64,000 bases of DNA from assembly GCF_006345805.1 (NCBI RefSeq), contig NC_043001.1, forward strand, positions 52,700,001 through 52,764,000, written 5' to 3'. A program made the translations under genes and the position numbers. Origin of the DNA: Octopus sinensis. Its lineage: Eukaryota. Shown one piece after another: positions 12,464 through 27,147 of the stretch. Under the pieces are notes generated by a model. That model searched no databases, was not told the DNA's origin, and saw nothing but the letters and a program-made list of their open reading frames with translations. The first letter of the stretch is position 1. The number at the start of each line of letters is the position of its first letter.

Positions 12464-15305
12464 TTGTACTTAAACTCAGTTTTGAACTCCAGAAAATTTA
12501 TATATTTTCTAATGAATCCAATGCGCTATTTATATTTTATATTCCTTTTACTATTTTAGTAGTGCCTTAAATACTAAGATATATATGTATATATTTGTAT
12601 ATATATATATCAGTTGATTAAAGTTACAACATGGTCTGGTTTTCACGTTTTTTACTATGGTATTTTAACAATTAAAACAATATTGTCTAATGCTCAAAAC
12701 TTTAGCTCTCGCTGGTGGCAATTGCAGGATGTCCAGACCTAGGGTCAGCTTCTCACCTTTTTTCTCCTAAACACAGCGGCCCATATTGCGCCGGTGATAA
12801 TGTTGCAGCATCATCACGTAATGTAGCAAACATGTTAGCAGGAATGTCTTCAAGGCCTAAACCATTTTTCTGCTAATACTTTATAACATCGCAATGCCAA
12901 ATTTTGCCGATTGTCAAGAGATTTAACAGGTTAACTTATTAGATGTATAGTAATGACATCCTAATCTGCATTAATATTGGACAGTTATAATTGTCTCTCG
13001 TAAAAAGTGTCTCAGAATTTGTGGAATACATCTCATACATGTAGTTTTATGTATGTATGTATGTATACATGCATGGATGTATGTAACCCAATACAACTTG
13101 TCTGGGTCGTCGGCAACTAAACCGGCAACCCCACCAAGCTTGTTTGGTGAGGAGGGTGTTTATTGGAAACAAAACCCGTCAAAGGGCGGAGGAACTCTTG
13201 AGATTCAACGGCCATCCAATAAATGTCTTAAGACTGGATCATGCGCGGGGACATAGAGATATTCGGACTGAATACCCGATCGCGCGGTTAAAACATTGGG
13301 AGTGAAGGACTCCTAGCCTTTGTTAGGGCATATTTCCAGGAGAATGTAACTCAGGTAACTGGGATAACTCCGACATAAAACCTGCGGCTCAGTGGTTACC
13401 GATGATGTTGACTTGTTCTTGTTTTCGGATTATGGCTGCTGTTGCTTAATGAGTGGGACCGACTCAGTGCACAGCCTTTTCTCATTTAAAAACAATTTTC
13501 TTGCACAGGCATTGCACGATAACAACATTGATTAAGCTTCGTGCAATGGCCATACTCGATAACGAGGGGGCAGCCACCATGTATGTATGTATGTATTCAC
13601 ATCCAATGAAGCCATTGTGTAAGTAGAAATAAATCTTTTGGTGTTCTCAAAAATGCATGGATTTATCAGTGTCTGCAGCACTAAGTGGTTTCGGCGTCTC
13701 AAGTAGACAAGCATGGAATAGTTGTTGTTTTTTTTCGTTTCCAATGTGGCAGCACATTGTATTTGTCACTTTTAGCTATATGTTGGCTTAGACGTATCAT
13801 GAATTTTGAATGTGGTAGTATTTGAACCTATATTTTCAGATGCTCAGTCATGGTGAAGGTCATCATATTTGAAGGTACTTTTCCACTGCTCTTGGTCGAA
13901 TGTGTGGAATCTAGCCTCGCTCTGTGCATTCCACCTAGCTTTGAGCTGTTGTCAGGCTAACTTATATCTACCTGCATCCTTTTTGGCAGCACTCTGTTGC
14001 TTTTCAGGCATCTCTATTTTTCTACCTACCACCTTTTTGATTGCAGACCTTGGACATGTTCACTACCATTCTTAACATGCATGCAGAGAAGCTTTAACTT
14101 GCCGTTTTTTAAAATTCCATTCGTTTGTTTCAGCTATCTGGAGAAGTCATTCTTTATCATTGGTGGGGAAACAATTGTAATAAATTGATCTGTTTGTGTC
14201 AGAAAGAGGAGAAAACTTTTTAGACAAAAAGAGCCATCATGAAGCTGCTGCTGCAGCATTACTGTTGCAGAATGATTTTCTGCTGCTAACATATATCTTA
14301 AAACGTTAAAATGGAAGTGTAAAAATGTGATTTCAAGATAATATAAGATATAAACGATTCGAAAGATGTACATGTAAACGTTCTTTTAAGGAATATATAT
14401 CCTAAGACAGCTATATTTGTGTGTGTGTTTGTGGTTGTGTTTACGTATATGTGAGTGCTTGTGTTTCTGTGACATATATCCTTATGAATTATAACTTTTT
14501 CATACCACATCTCTTAAGAAACTAGGAAACATTTCCTATGAAAGTAATTGTCGAGGGAAAGCAGAAGGAATAAAGGCATATTCGTTATAAAGAAAAAGAA
14601 ATGAGAAAATCAGGTTCCGTCCAGAAAATAGTTTCTTTCTTCATTATTCTTCTCTTCTTTGTCATTGTGTACTTTGTCTTTTACGCTCTACTTTTATTAT
14701 TTTTGTTCATGTTCCTTATGTTTTAGACGCTGGCAAATTTTCCCCAGTGCTACAATACTGAAAAAGAGAGATTGAGAGGGCGGAATATATGGTGATATTT
14801 AATGTAGAATGTGTGGGAAATGAAGATGTATGAAATAAAAATAGAGCAGTTATAAATATGTCTATTACAACACCAGTCATATTAATCTATATACGGTCAA
14901 AATTAAACTAGGATTGTCATTAATCTAATATAGTCATAACCTACTCTGGTTACACCACTTCAAAAAACAAAAATCAAAAGAATGGTTTTTGAAAAATGAA
15001 AATTCAAGAAGACAACAGGTGCAACGTTTTACAAGTTAAATGATTCTGAACAAGTGCGAGATTCGGACTAATGCCAATTAACTTTCACGATATGTAATTA
15101 AGCTAATTCAATTAATGCTATAGATTTCAACGTTCTGTTGAAAGTAATTGTCGACGGTATGAAATTATCATACACAATATATTCAATCATCATACTCTCT
15201 CGATAAATGCTGCACACGGATGATATAAATTGATCTTAGTGTCTATTGTTTTCAGTCAGCAAATAATGAATACATCTGCGGAAATATCGAGTAAAAAAAG
15301 CCTAC

Positions 15306-15515
15306 TTATAATATCTCCAGCTGCAACATCCTGAATACTCGCTGAGAAACCAAAAGTGGTAAACCAAGCAAATAGTCATCTGGAAATTGATCTATGCATC
15401 GTAAGATAAACTGATCTCTTTCCTGGAAATCTTATACGAAGATCCTGTGACAGGGTTGCTGGGCCAAAGCTGATCATGTACATAGGAGATGAAACGTAAA
15501 GCATAGGGTGCGTCT
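15306..15515 (-). CDS. Candidate exon with two apparent frameshifts (DAPYALRFISYVHDQLWPSNPVTGSSYK / DFQERDQFILRCIDQFPDDYLLGLPLLVSQRVFRMLQLEIL)
   Basis: Pyrimidine-rich CAG acceptor and GTAGG donor, 210 nt. Protein-like peptide runs in two frames with the switch at an A-run. Family not established. Confidence 0.4.
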
Positions 15516-15596
15516 CTGGAGGGACCAGAGTAAAATGTAGGCTGATGGTAATGATGATCTTTTTATTGTTGCTTTTGTTCATTATGATGATGATAG

Positions 15597-15627
<31 letters not shown>

Positions 15628-16735
15628 AACTGATAGTGTCGATAGTAAAACAACAGTCGAGCAGGTACCAAGAAATTGTGGATAAATTGAAATGTGATAT
15701 ATTTTCTTCAAATAATAAATTAGGTACAATCAAATTTTAAAACAGTATCTTAGAAGTGTACGTTTATAGACATATGCCCAGAGAGAAACACCACCCACCA
15801 GAAACATGTATAGTTGTATAATAACTGCGGTTAAAGACATAAACACACCGAAACAAATATAAAAGCATATGCATATACACATCTAGATACACACATACAT
15901 GTTGCTTGTATTATATTACTCTTTCTCGCCCGCCCTCTCTGAAAGTATGTATGTGTATGTATATATATATATATATACGTGTGTTTGTGAATGTATGTAT
16001 ATGTATATGAATCAAAATATATTTTAAGGAAAAAGTAATAAAATTAGCTAAAAATGAAAACTGAAGAATATAATAAAAGCAATCATATATAAATATGTGA
16101 ATGAGAATATTTTATAGAAGCGATGTCAATATCCACCTGTGTTCTAATGTAGACGGGAAAAAATTCTCTTATAGTATAAAAGTTCTATTGACTACATCTG
16201 AGTCTTATTTTTATGGGTTTCGACTTTCTTTGATATGAAAACTATTTCTGTTTTACACAGAGTATTGAAAAAAAATATTTTCTATTCAGCTGATGCTTCC
16301 AGTTTAGTTGATATTTTTATATTGGTGACAACACTCAGTTAATTGAAAGCTATACGGAATTCTGTCTGCCGTTGGGAAAGGAACATTCATTTCCCACATC
16401 AGAATAACTCATAATGACACCTAATGCACGCTGTATACAAAGTGATTGGTATTTGATTTTCATTGACAAATCTGAGCACATTTATGCCAATTAACAATAT
16501 TAGAATGACGGAAGAAAAAATGTTTTTTTTACACATGCACGTGCTGAGGAAAATCTAGTTGTCAAATAAAACGCGTATGAGTGTAATCTGAAATATTAAC
16601 ACATACTCTGTACAATTTCAAGTCCTCCATTTCTTCCTCAACACATTTTCTCATTGTCTACGTATACAGCATTATATATATATAGGTACATATATATACA
16701 TATACATATATATATACATATATATGCATATACAT

Positions 16736-16789
<54 letters not shown>

Positions 16790-17108
16790 ATTAACTGTTG
16801 GAGTGGACGGACGTCTATTTGTTTCTCTCCCAAGTCAGTAGCAAGCTACACAGCTTCAAAACTAACTGACCTTAAATATATATATATTTGTAACCACGTG
16901 TTTGCCTACAAACCCGTAAGTACGTTTTCATTTAACTACAAATTGTTATATACACCTGTTTTTCTTTTAATATCCTCAAACAACCAAATAATCAAAAACT
17001 CACACCCTTAAGAGAGAACATTATATATATATATACACTTCTTTAACTCCCAAGAAAGAATATATATATTTTCAAAAATCAAAAGGAAAACAAACAAAAA
17101 AAACAAAC

Positions 17109-18001
17109 ATGACTAACTTGCAGGCCTGCAACAGACGAAATTGGTCTGATAACGAAATTGATGTTTTAATAAACACATGGCTCTCTCTTTCCCAAACAGA
17201 AAATCTAAATGTCTTGTGTTTGAATGAGATTGCCGAAAAAACATCACAAGTGGTCAACACACGATCCGTCAAACAGATTCGTAGCAAGTTGAAACATATC
17301 GAAGTATCTTTCAAACTGATAAGAGGCCATTATGAAAAGCTTCTACATATTTTCACAGTTCAAGAACAACAACAGCTAGAAAATCAGCAGCCACAACAAC
17401 AACAACAGAATGAGCCACTCCTGGTTCCCAGCACAATGGCTGACCCTGACATCGGTCAGGCACAACAACAACAACAACAGCCACAGCAACAAGAACAACA
17501 TCCACTCCTCAACTCTAGCTTACTAGACGATTCACTAAATGCCAGTATCTTTTCACCGCTCTCACAGCAACCACCACAATTATCATCATCATCATCACCA
17601 CCGCTGCCACCATCGTCTTCTATCACCAAAAATACCAACAGAAAACCAAATAAGAAACCACTGCCCTCTTCCCCCACATCACCACCTCAATACTACTGCA
17701 GTAACAAAAACTTAAAGAAACATAGGAAGCAGAATGCGCCCCCCACGGCTCAAACAAGAAATCCCCAAATATGCCGCTATTCACTGCGCCAGAGACTCTG
17801 CACAAATAGTGACTGCATCTTCACGCATCTACCCGGCACTAGACGCACTACGGCCAAGGCCAAAGCACGCATCCCACAATAACATCAACACCACCAAATA
17901 GTAAATCGAAATTCAAAACACACACAACTCGGAGTCCCAAAATCTGCCGGTATTCCCAACGTGAGAGAACATGTCTACTGAGTGACTGTCCCTTCACTCA
18001 T
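17109..18001 (+). CDS. LINE ORF1-like protein: Myb/SANT-like N-terminus, Q/P/S-rich linker, two tandem CCCH fingers (second in another frame)
   Basis: RRNWSDNEIDVLINTW...RSVKQIRSKLKHI. CRYSLRQRLCTNSDCIFTH at 17772-17828 and CRYSQRERTCLLSDCPFTH at 17945-18001. Confidence 0.65.
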
Positions 18002-18299
18002 CTTCCAGGGACCCGACGCACAAACAGAAACGGGCTCAAGCCAACACACAAACCTGAATAACAATAAAAATAGAAACACACCATGCTGCAGTAATGCTGG
18101 TCCAGTCTTTTCAGGAAGACACAAAAACAACAACAACAAAAGTGGAAACTACAACCCTATCCAACAGTGCAACCACACCTCCAGCCAAAAACTGCCTCCC
18201 TAAGCAGGAAAATTCTTTTTTAGCCATGTTGAACATGGCAAAAGAGATACACAAAAACATTCTAGCCATCACTCAACACCATCCTATGCTATTACCCCA

Positions 18300-21200
18300 G
18301 TGCACCAATTCCCCACATTGCTGCCACTAACACACACAAAAAATCCAAGCCCCCTGCAACAGTCAAAACCAGCCACTACACTAACCTCCACATTCCTACT
18401 CAATGCACAGGGTGTCAGCCTTTCCATCAATGCACAAAAATGGAAGGTCCAATTCATTGAAGACTGGGTTGGTAACCATTCACACCACATCCCTTTCTTC
18501 ATTCTCACTGAGACCCACCTTGACAACTCCCACTTGGAAGCCGAAGTGAGAGTGAAGAATTTCACAACCATCCGCGCGGATCGTATCGGCAGGAGGAAGG
18601 GTGGAACTGCCATTTTCCTGCATGATTCATTTACGGCAGATGGAAATAGTATATTCTCCAACGGCTACTGTGAATCAGTCACCGTGCACAACAAAGCCAA
18701 TGACCTGACAGTAATTGGGCTCTATAGGCCGCCCCAAACACCCATACTGTGCTTTAAAGAATGCCTCAACAGCATTAAGTGCTTTATTCAACAGTGCCAT
18801 TCTAGCAACATACTCATGATGGGAGACTTCAATCTACCCTGTGTTGACTGGACTACAAACTGTTTGAAACCAAGCACTCCCGCCTCAACCGCTGACAAAG
18901 AAGCAGCAGAGTCACTTTTCGACTTTACGAATGAGTTTTTCTTGTCCCAACTTGTCCTTGCACCAACAAGACATCAGAACATTTTGGACCTAGTGTTTAG
19001 TAACCACACTAACACTATACATAACGTTACAGTGGAAAAAACCCTTCTTTCAGACCATGACATGGTTCTCTGTAACATGAAATTCCACCAGCCGAAAGCT
19101 AATCCTAGTGACCTTCCTCCAGCCCACCCATTTGACAACATGGATCTCCATAAAGCCAACTGGGATGCAATCAGGAACGAGCTATCAAATGTTGACTGGT
19201 CCTTTACACATACACACATCTCCACCAACCATAAAACATCTTGGCAGATCTTTGTAGACACCGTCACAGACATATGTGCAAAACACTCCCCACCAAGACC
19301 TGTGAACAAAAAGTGCAGAATCCCCCAAAACAGAAAAACCATTATCAGAAAAATAAAAAGAACAAAAAAAAAATTAACAAACTAAAGTACTGCCAACAGC
19401 AACACACACATTCGACGGCTATCGCACTGCTTGAATCCAAAAAATATAACCTCCAACAATGCATGAAGACCCTCATCAATAACCAAAGATCAGCTGAGGA
19501 GAAGTGGGCCATTGAAAAAATCAAACTCAACCCCAAAGTGTTCTTTTCATTTGCGAGGAAACGCAGGGTCACTGTCTCCACTGTAGGCCCTCTAATTGAC
19601 GAAACTGGCACTCTCCAAGATAATGCCAAATCCATGGCCGAGATACTGCAGAAACAATACTGCTCTGTTTTCAGCAATCCTGATATGGCCGATCTGGGCT
19701 GTATCAGTGATGTCAACCCCCAACACACTATATCGGACATAACGTTTAGTGCCCCCGATGTCTTAGCGGCGATAAACGAAATAAACACAATTCAGCAGTA
19801 GGCCCCGATAGGTTCCCTGCTTGTGTCCTGAAGGTGTGTCGACACCAACTTGCATCTCCCCTTGCTAATCTGTGGAGAAACTCACTGGATGCTGGCTATA
19901 TTCAAAAAAACCTTCTGTCCCAGTCTGTTGTCCCAGTTTTCAAAAATGGAAACAAGTCCCTTGCAGTGAATTACCGTCCGATCTCACTCACCTCTCATAT
20001 CATCAAGGTATTTGAGAGGGTGGTGAGATCTCGAATAAACCAATTTCTGGAAAGCAACAGACGGCTGATCTCCAACCAACATGGGTTCCGTAATGGAAGG
20101 GACTGCCTAACGCAGCTCCTGCATCACTTTGAGGACATTTTGAGAGCTTTGGGAGAGGGCTCCAACACCGATGTCATCTACCTTGATTTCAGTAAGCCTT
20201 CGACAGGGTCGATCACAAGATCCTATTGAAAAAACTATCCAACATGGTGTCTCTGGAAAGTTACTGAAATGGATTAAGTGTTTCCTGACAGACAGATCTC
20301 AACATGTTGTAGTTGAAGGGGTAAAATCAAGCCCAGCCAAAGTCAGTAGTGGCGTTCCGCAAGGCACTGTGCTGGGCCCACTTCTTTTCATCATTTACAT
20401 TAATGACATAATGACATCATCAAGCACAGCAACATAAAAATCTTTGCAGATGACTCCAAGCTACAGAAGGTCATAAATGAGGCGAGTGACCGGACATGCC
20501 TTCAGTCAGATCTACTGGCTGTTATCCAATGGGCAGAAAAAAACAATATGCTGCTGAACGAGGATAAATTTGAGCTAATCCACTTTGGAAAAGAGGATGC
20601 CCTGAAACTCCCATACTCCCTTCCTTCAGGTGAAACTCTCGCGGCGTCCAACAACATCAGAGACTTGGGAGTAATTGTGGACAACAACGTAAGCTGGGCC
20701 ACTCATATAAACACCAAAGTTGACATGGCCCGCAGAATGTGTTCCTGGATTCTCAGAACTTTCCAGTCGAGAGATATCCACACCATTATCCTACTCTTCT
20801 CCACTTTTGCCCGACCCCACCTTGAATACTGTTGTCCACTGTGGTCTCCCCACACAATACAAGGTATCATAAAAGTTGAAGCACCTCAAAGGGCAATCAC
20901 AAAAAAGATAGATGGCATGACAGGCCTCGACTATTGGGGTCGACTAGAAAAGCTAAAACTCTATTCTCTCCAACGTCGTCGTGAGCGCTACATCATCTGC
21001 ATGATGTGGAAAATATTCCATCAGCATTGCCCAAATGATGTTGGCATCACCTTTAAGGTACATCCAAGGCTTGGGCCCCGTGCCATCCGCCCAAAACAAA
21101 AATCGCACTCTCATCTCATAACAACAATACGGCACAATTATTTCACCTCAATTGGCCCCGCTCTCCAAAACACAAAAACACATTAAAACAGAAACTGACC

Positions 21201-21325
21201 CTATAGGGTTCAAGAAGTCTTTGGACAGATTCCTTCAAGAAATCCCGGATAAACCCCCTACACCCGGATATGTCTCTGTAAACAATAACTCTCTACTTGA
21301 GTGGGCCATAGTGCCCAAATTCTGA
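18300..21325 (+). CDS. LINE ORF2: APE endonuclease plus reverse transcriptase, interrupted by about five frameshifts
   Basis: APE motifs LTETHL, GLYRPP, MGDFNLP, LDLVFSN, SDHDMV. RT motifs [22 protein letters not shown](AFD), [17 protein letters not shown]. Confidence 0.9.
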
Positions 21326-21519
21326 CTTGAAAGACTTCACCAGGTGGTGCTATTAAGTTAGACATGGCCTGGGCCAATAATGGCCGAAACCTATCAAAGT
21401 ATCAAAGTATCAAAGTATATATACATATACATATATATATGCATATACATATACATATATATATGTATATATGTATGTGTGTATGTGTGTATGTAAGTGT
21501 TTATTCACAAACAAATATC

Positions 21520-21554
<35 letters not shown>

Positions 21555-21566
21555 ATATAATATATA

Positions 21567-21613
<47 letters not shown>

Positions 21614-23020
21614 ATACAGAAGAATGGAGAAGTATATATTTTCAAAATTTATCTATTCAGCCATTATTGTCATAAAATTGCAATCCGATACGTGTTACTG
21701 CTTAATAAGTGCCCCAGTGTCTTTTGATGTTGCACCTATATCCTTTTATTTTATTTAAATTTAAAATAGTTGTACATATTCATCCAAATTATACTTTCCT
21801 ATGTAACTTTGTTCAAGGCCTCACCCATGGGATTGAGTGAATTGAACTGAAGATCCAAGTATTAGATAGGGATTCTGAAATTATATTCTAATTGAAGGAC
21901 CATTCCAAGTGAGATTACAGGAGAGTAGAGTTAGCGTTGGAATATAATATGATTACAGTTCTTGTACCTCTTAAACTTAACACGTCATTCGAAGTTTAAA
22001 TGATACTAGTAAGGTTGCTATGTTTGAAGTTCCTTGTATTAGTATCTGGTGGGTTAATGTTGGACCCAGGGGAGCAACCCATAAGTTCCACAGTAAGGCA
22101 ACTTAGCCTCACTGTGAATCCTCAAATGGTACCTATTGGAAGAGGTAATTCTTGATTCTAAATGTGGTGTTGTAGAATACGAGATTTTTATTTAATTTTT
22201 ATTAAAGATTATCTGATGATAAATTAAATATAAGGATTTTGAAAAATAAGTTTGGTAAAAGATTTAAACTGGAGAAAGAATTATGGGGCAAACTAGATCT
22301 CAGCTTTCAGCCCTTGGAGTTCTTAAAACGCAGTGAGGTGATGAGAAGTCTACCGCGAGAGAACATGAAATTATTCACCTTCCGTAATACTGGGTAAGTA
22401 CTGGCTGTAAGGGAATACAGTTTCAAGTTGACGGTGTTTTGATGGGTAAAGACAAGCCTGGTAGGCTTAGATTGTGAACTGAGAAAAAGAAGTGTTACTT
22501 TTGTTTTTAATCTACTGGGTATAAGGAAATTCTAACAAATATTTTATTCTGGAGAATCAGGTTTTAGTACAGGGCATGTTTACTAAAGGAACGCTTATTA
22601 ACTGAGAGGTAAGAATTCTTGTTAGATATACTATTGACAATGCTATTAAAGCCAAATCCAGGCTGATTAGGCAGGACATAGATATATTATAACTCCTCAA
22701 TCGGATATGGTAATGGTTATATAAGTATGTGTGTTTGTATGTATGTGTGCGTGTGTGTGTATATATGGAAATATTGAATATCGCTCAGTCTAAGCTATCT
22801 TCGGGAAATGTTTGCTAAAAATGTAAAAGCAAAGTGTCCAGGGCTTGTATTATCTCGGAACCTTCGAGAGAAAAAATATATATGTAACCATACATGACAT
22901 CCTTAAGACTAAATCTCATATCCTCGTATAATGGCATGAACTTTTTGTACTATTGGTGTACGTTTAGGCTGCAATTTATATGACGTTCATCCGCGAGATA
23001 ACAATTAACCAATTTTTGGC

Positions 23021-23078
<58 letters not shown>

Positions 23079-23101
23079 TATACATACATGTATATATAAA
23101 C

Positions 23102-23147
<46 letters not shown>

Positions 23148-23390
23148 GCACATATATACATATATATATATACATATATATACATATATATATACATATA
23201 TATATATATACATATACACATATATACATATATATATACATGTATATACATATACATATATACGTATATACTTATATAAATCCACATATATATATATACA
23301 TATATAAATACATACATATATAGTAAATCCAAACAAGAAATCACATATATATATACATATACATATATATATATATACATACATACATAC

Positions 23391-23455
<65 letters not shown>

Positions 23456-23574
23456 ATATATATATATATCATATTTTCCAAAGTTTTGTAAATGTGTATA
23501 GAATAATACATCATTTGTTTATACGGTTTTGACCAATCCCCACGCCTCTTAAACGTCACAGATTGTCGGGCCTG

Positions 23575-23950
23575 CCGGCATTCTGTAATTTGCTTATATG
23601 AATATGTGAAAGATATTTTTAATCTATATTACTAACTGGTTGATATATAATAGTTGTATTTCCGTTCAGGGCAGGTTTGTGCATTTAATAAAATGGTTTT
23701 CTTTACTTTTGCTTCCAACCTCACTTGTGACATGGATTTGTGGAAAGAAAAATGTAGAAACATTTTCTGACCACATGTTTCTATATTTTTGGTCAATGGA
23801 ATTTTACGAATATTGGTGTACCTGATTTTTGACGGTGAGCTTTCCGATAATGCATTCCCTGTCTCGCCGGTATAAAATTCCTCGCAATTCAGGAATTTAA
23901 TGCAGTAGATCAAATTTCTGAGATTCGCAGTTCATATCTGCATTTGCGAA
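23575..23950 (-). mobile_element. Penelope-like element remnant (GIY-YIG endonuclease fragment)
   Basis: NLIYCIKFLNCEEFYTGETGNAL...RKIPL is similar to ENLVYVLTCSGCNEHYIGQT...RKIAF in the 56-kb element. Confidence 0.75.
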
Positions 23951-23967
23951 AACCTATACTTTTCTTG

Positions 23968-24071
<104 letters not shown>

Positions 24072-24108
24072 CATATACGTACATATATATACACATATAT
24101 ATATATAA

Positions 24109-24782
24109 GATGTAAGTGTAAGTAAAACTACATATTACATTAGTAATGAAACAATTGTATAGAGTCATCTATTTTATTCGTTGTATTTCACTTTCCTTCC
24201 GTTAAATGTATGTTGATTCTAGTTGGAAACAGATCTTCTGTGGTTGCTTCGGAGCTATTTTTAGCACTAGAGTTATCCATATAGTGGATAACTCTCTAAT
24301 AATTTATGTATAAATTTGTATTTTCTCCGTAGTTTTTTGTGCTAAGCCACTTGGTGTTAAATTAATGGTATTATTAAATTAATATCGATTTTTCACCCTC
24401 ATTTATAATTTTATAAATTTAACTATGCGGCAGTTAATATTTTATTTGATGCGGCATACGTTTCCAATGGAGTCTAGGCATGCTTTTGGCGCGGAATTTG
24501 AGACATAACTAAAAATGTAATTGGTTGGACCGCTCGTGTTTTTGACGCTCGAATCGATCTAATTAATTGCATTTCTGACAAACTCTACCGAAGATTTATA
24601 GATGTAAGTGTAAGTAAAACTACATATTACATTAGTAATGAAACAATTGTATAGAGTCAATCTATTTTATTCGTTGTATTTCACTTTCCTTCCGTTAAAT
24701 GTATGTTGATTCTAGTTGGAAACAGATCTTCTGTGGTTGCTTCGGAGCTATTTTTAGCACTAGATTTATCCACATAGTGGAT
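24109..24782. repeat. ~181-bp direct repeat, period 492 bp
   Basis: 24109-24289 vs 24601-24782 are nearly identical (gatgtaagtgtaagtaaaac...atagtggat). Confidence 0.9.
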
Positions 24783-24787
24783 TACAT

Positions 24788-24828
<41 letters not shown>

Positions 24829-24830
<2 letters not shown>

Positions 24831-24991
24831 AATTGAGATAGGGGTTGTAAATGCAACCCTCCATGGGATAACCTATATCCAATATACTGCTAGTGAAGTA
24901 TCCAACAAAGTTAATACATAAATGTTAACGATTGCGATGCAATCGTTAACACACACACGCACAAACATATATATATGTGTATATATATATA

Positions 24992-25032
<41 letters not shown>

Positions 25033-25093
25033 CACATATATATATATATGCATATATGTATGTATATGTATATATATATACGTATATGTATGT

Positions 25094-25126
<33 letters not shown>

Positions 25127-25159
25127 CATACATACATATGCATATTTATATATATACAT

Positions 25160-25192
<33 letters not shown>

Positions 25193-25306
25193 AATTGAGA
25201 TTGGGGTTGTAAATGCAACCCTCCATGGGATAACCTATATCCAATATACTGCTAGTGAAATATCCAACAAAGTTAATACATAAATGTTAACGATTGCGAT
25301 GCAATC
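24829..25306. repeat. 116-bp direct repeat separated by a TA microsatellite, period 362 bp
   Basis: 24829-24944 vs 25191-25306 (caaattgaga...gattgcgatgcaatc). Confidence 0.9.
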
Positions 25307-26819
25307 AATTCATTTACTGTATTATATGGGCAAAGGTAAAATGATTTACCACAAATTACTAATACAAGATAGGAAAATGGAGAAATACATCTAAATCAAA
25401 TATCAATTATCAGAAAATGCTCAATCGCATACTTTATTAAACCACCACATAAGAGACTGTTGGGTTAAACATAAGAAAGCAGAACAAATCAGTGTACACA
25501 AAGGAGTGTACGCAAAAAAGTGTACATAAAATAGTAATGTTGTATAATAAGTAGAATATATATAAAAAAGAGAATATAAATATAAGTAAATATGAATATA
25601 AGTATAGATTACATCTTACAGCTGTTTCGGCCATGTAGATAAGTATGTCTCATTTTACCAATATTAGCCTTTTATGGTAGGTCAATATATGGATATAAAT
25701 GAGACATTTACAAAAGTATCATAAGGTCTCTTCGGAGATATACATATACATATGAGTACATATACTCACGAAAAACTGAAACATTGAATGTGGAACATAT
25801 ATATGTTTACTAATTTACATTATTTATTTACATTATTATGTATATCTATATTTTCATACATATACCAACAATCCAACATGCCACCATAATCACCTGCCCT
25901 ATGGATATTATCGTGGTTTCGACACGTTGGCAGTACCATTCATTCTGGCGGTATTAAAAAGCACTAAAAAAGTGTTGTTACAACACAAACATACCAAAAA
26001 CAAACGATAATTTCAAACTTACTTATGTACAACAATATTCAATATAAATATAGGTAGGATTAAACACTAACTTTAAAATTAAACTACAAGAAACATATTA
26101 ATGTATGTATTTGTATTAATAGTAAACCTACAATAACTACAAGACTATTGAACAGGATGCAAAATGCAACGAAAATTTTAAGAAAATAAAAATAAGATAA
26201 CAGTGGAAATTTTATCGGTGAGTGTGTTAAATTATAAGGCACAAAACGAAAATGACTCTCCCCAGACACAACAGAATATGCTTCAACACACGAACTCACA
26301 TAAAGAATCTTGCAAACCAAATCCCAAAGCGAAATACAATAACTAAATTATATATTAAATAGCGACCAATGTTTAAGTCCATGCAAATTATAATCCCACC
26401 AGTTTTCCATAGTTACTATTATAATAAAAGCAAGTGAAAACTGCGTTTTAATGTTCTACAAATAAATGAAAGCCATTGTTTTATAATTCAGAAGTTAATA
26501 CAAATAGCACTACTTACTCTTAATACATACTAACCTTACAACTTATAATGCAAACTTACCAGTAACTAATAAAAACATTAAATTATTAAATAGAAACTGA
26601 TAAAAATATATTTGTAATTAAGTATTACTATAAAACTTTGCTGCAATTAAAGCTAATTAAAAATGTTTAAAAGATAATAAAATAACAAAATATAAACACA
26701 TGTTTCTAACCGCAGAGTTCCATCATTTCTACAACTTAAAGATTATCATACCTATAGTCGATATATATATTCATATGCATATATATATACATATACATTA
26801 TAGATACATACATACATAC

Positions 26820-26864
<45 letters not shown>

Positions 26865-26885
26865 TATATATATATATATATATAT

Positions 26886-26941
<56 letters not shown>

Positions 26942-26943
26942 AT

Positions 26944-27040
<97 letters not shown>

Positions 27041-27147
27041 GATATATATATATATACTTATACATATAGATATGCACATATATTTATATACATATACCTA
27101 TATATAAATATATACGTATGCATATATATAGAGAGAGAGATAGATAG

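Larger units (their letters stand above)
17109..21418 (+). mobile_element. Near full-length non-LTR retrotransposon (CR1/L2 group)
   Basis: ORF1-like region, then APE endonuclease and RT, a 3' stem-loop (ggccaataatggcc) and an (ATCAAAGT)3 tail at 21391-21418. Confidence 0.92.

Noticed and set aside
13085-14290. Possible RTE or other LINE remnants and an HDV-like ribozyme
   Set aside because: Repeat-like, but I could not identify diagnostic motifs or build the nested pseudoknot by eye.
21355-21400. ggcc-aataat-ggcc GAAAC at the LINE 3' end as a hammerhead
   Set aside because: No CUGANGA core upstream; better explained as the usual 3' recognition stem-loop of CR1/L2 elements.
21930-22690. GC-richer stretch that looks like decayed coding sequence
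   Set aside because: Stops in all frames and no motif I can recognise; needs tblastx.
24440-24480. GAAACGUA half-site in the 492-bp repeat
   Set aside because: No matching CUGANGA or stem I partner on the same strand.
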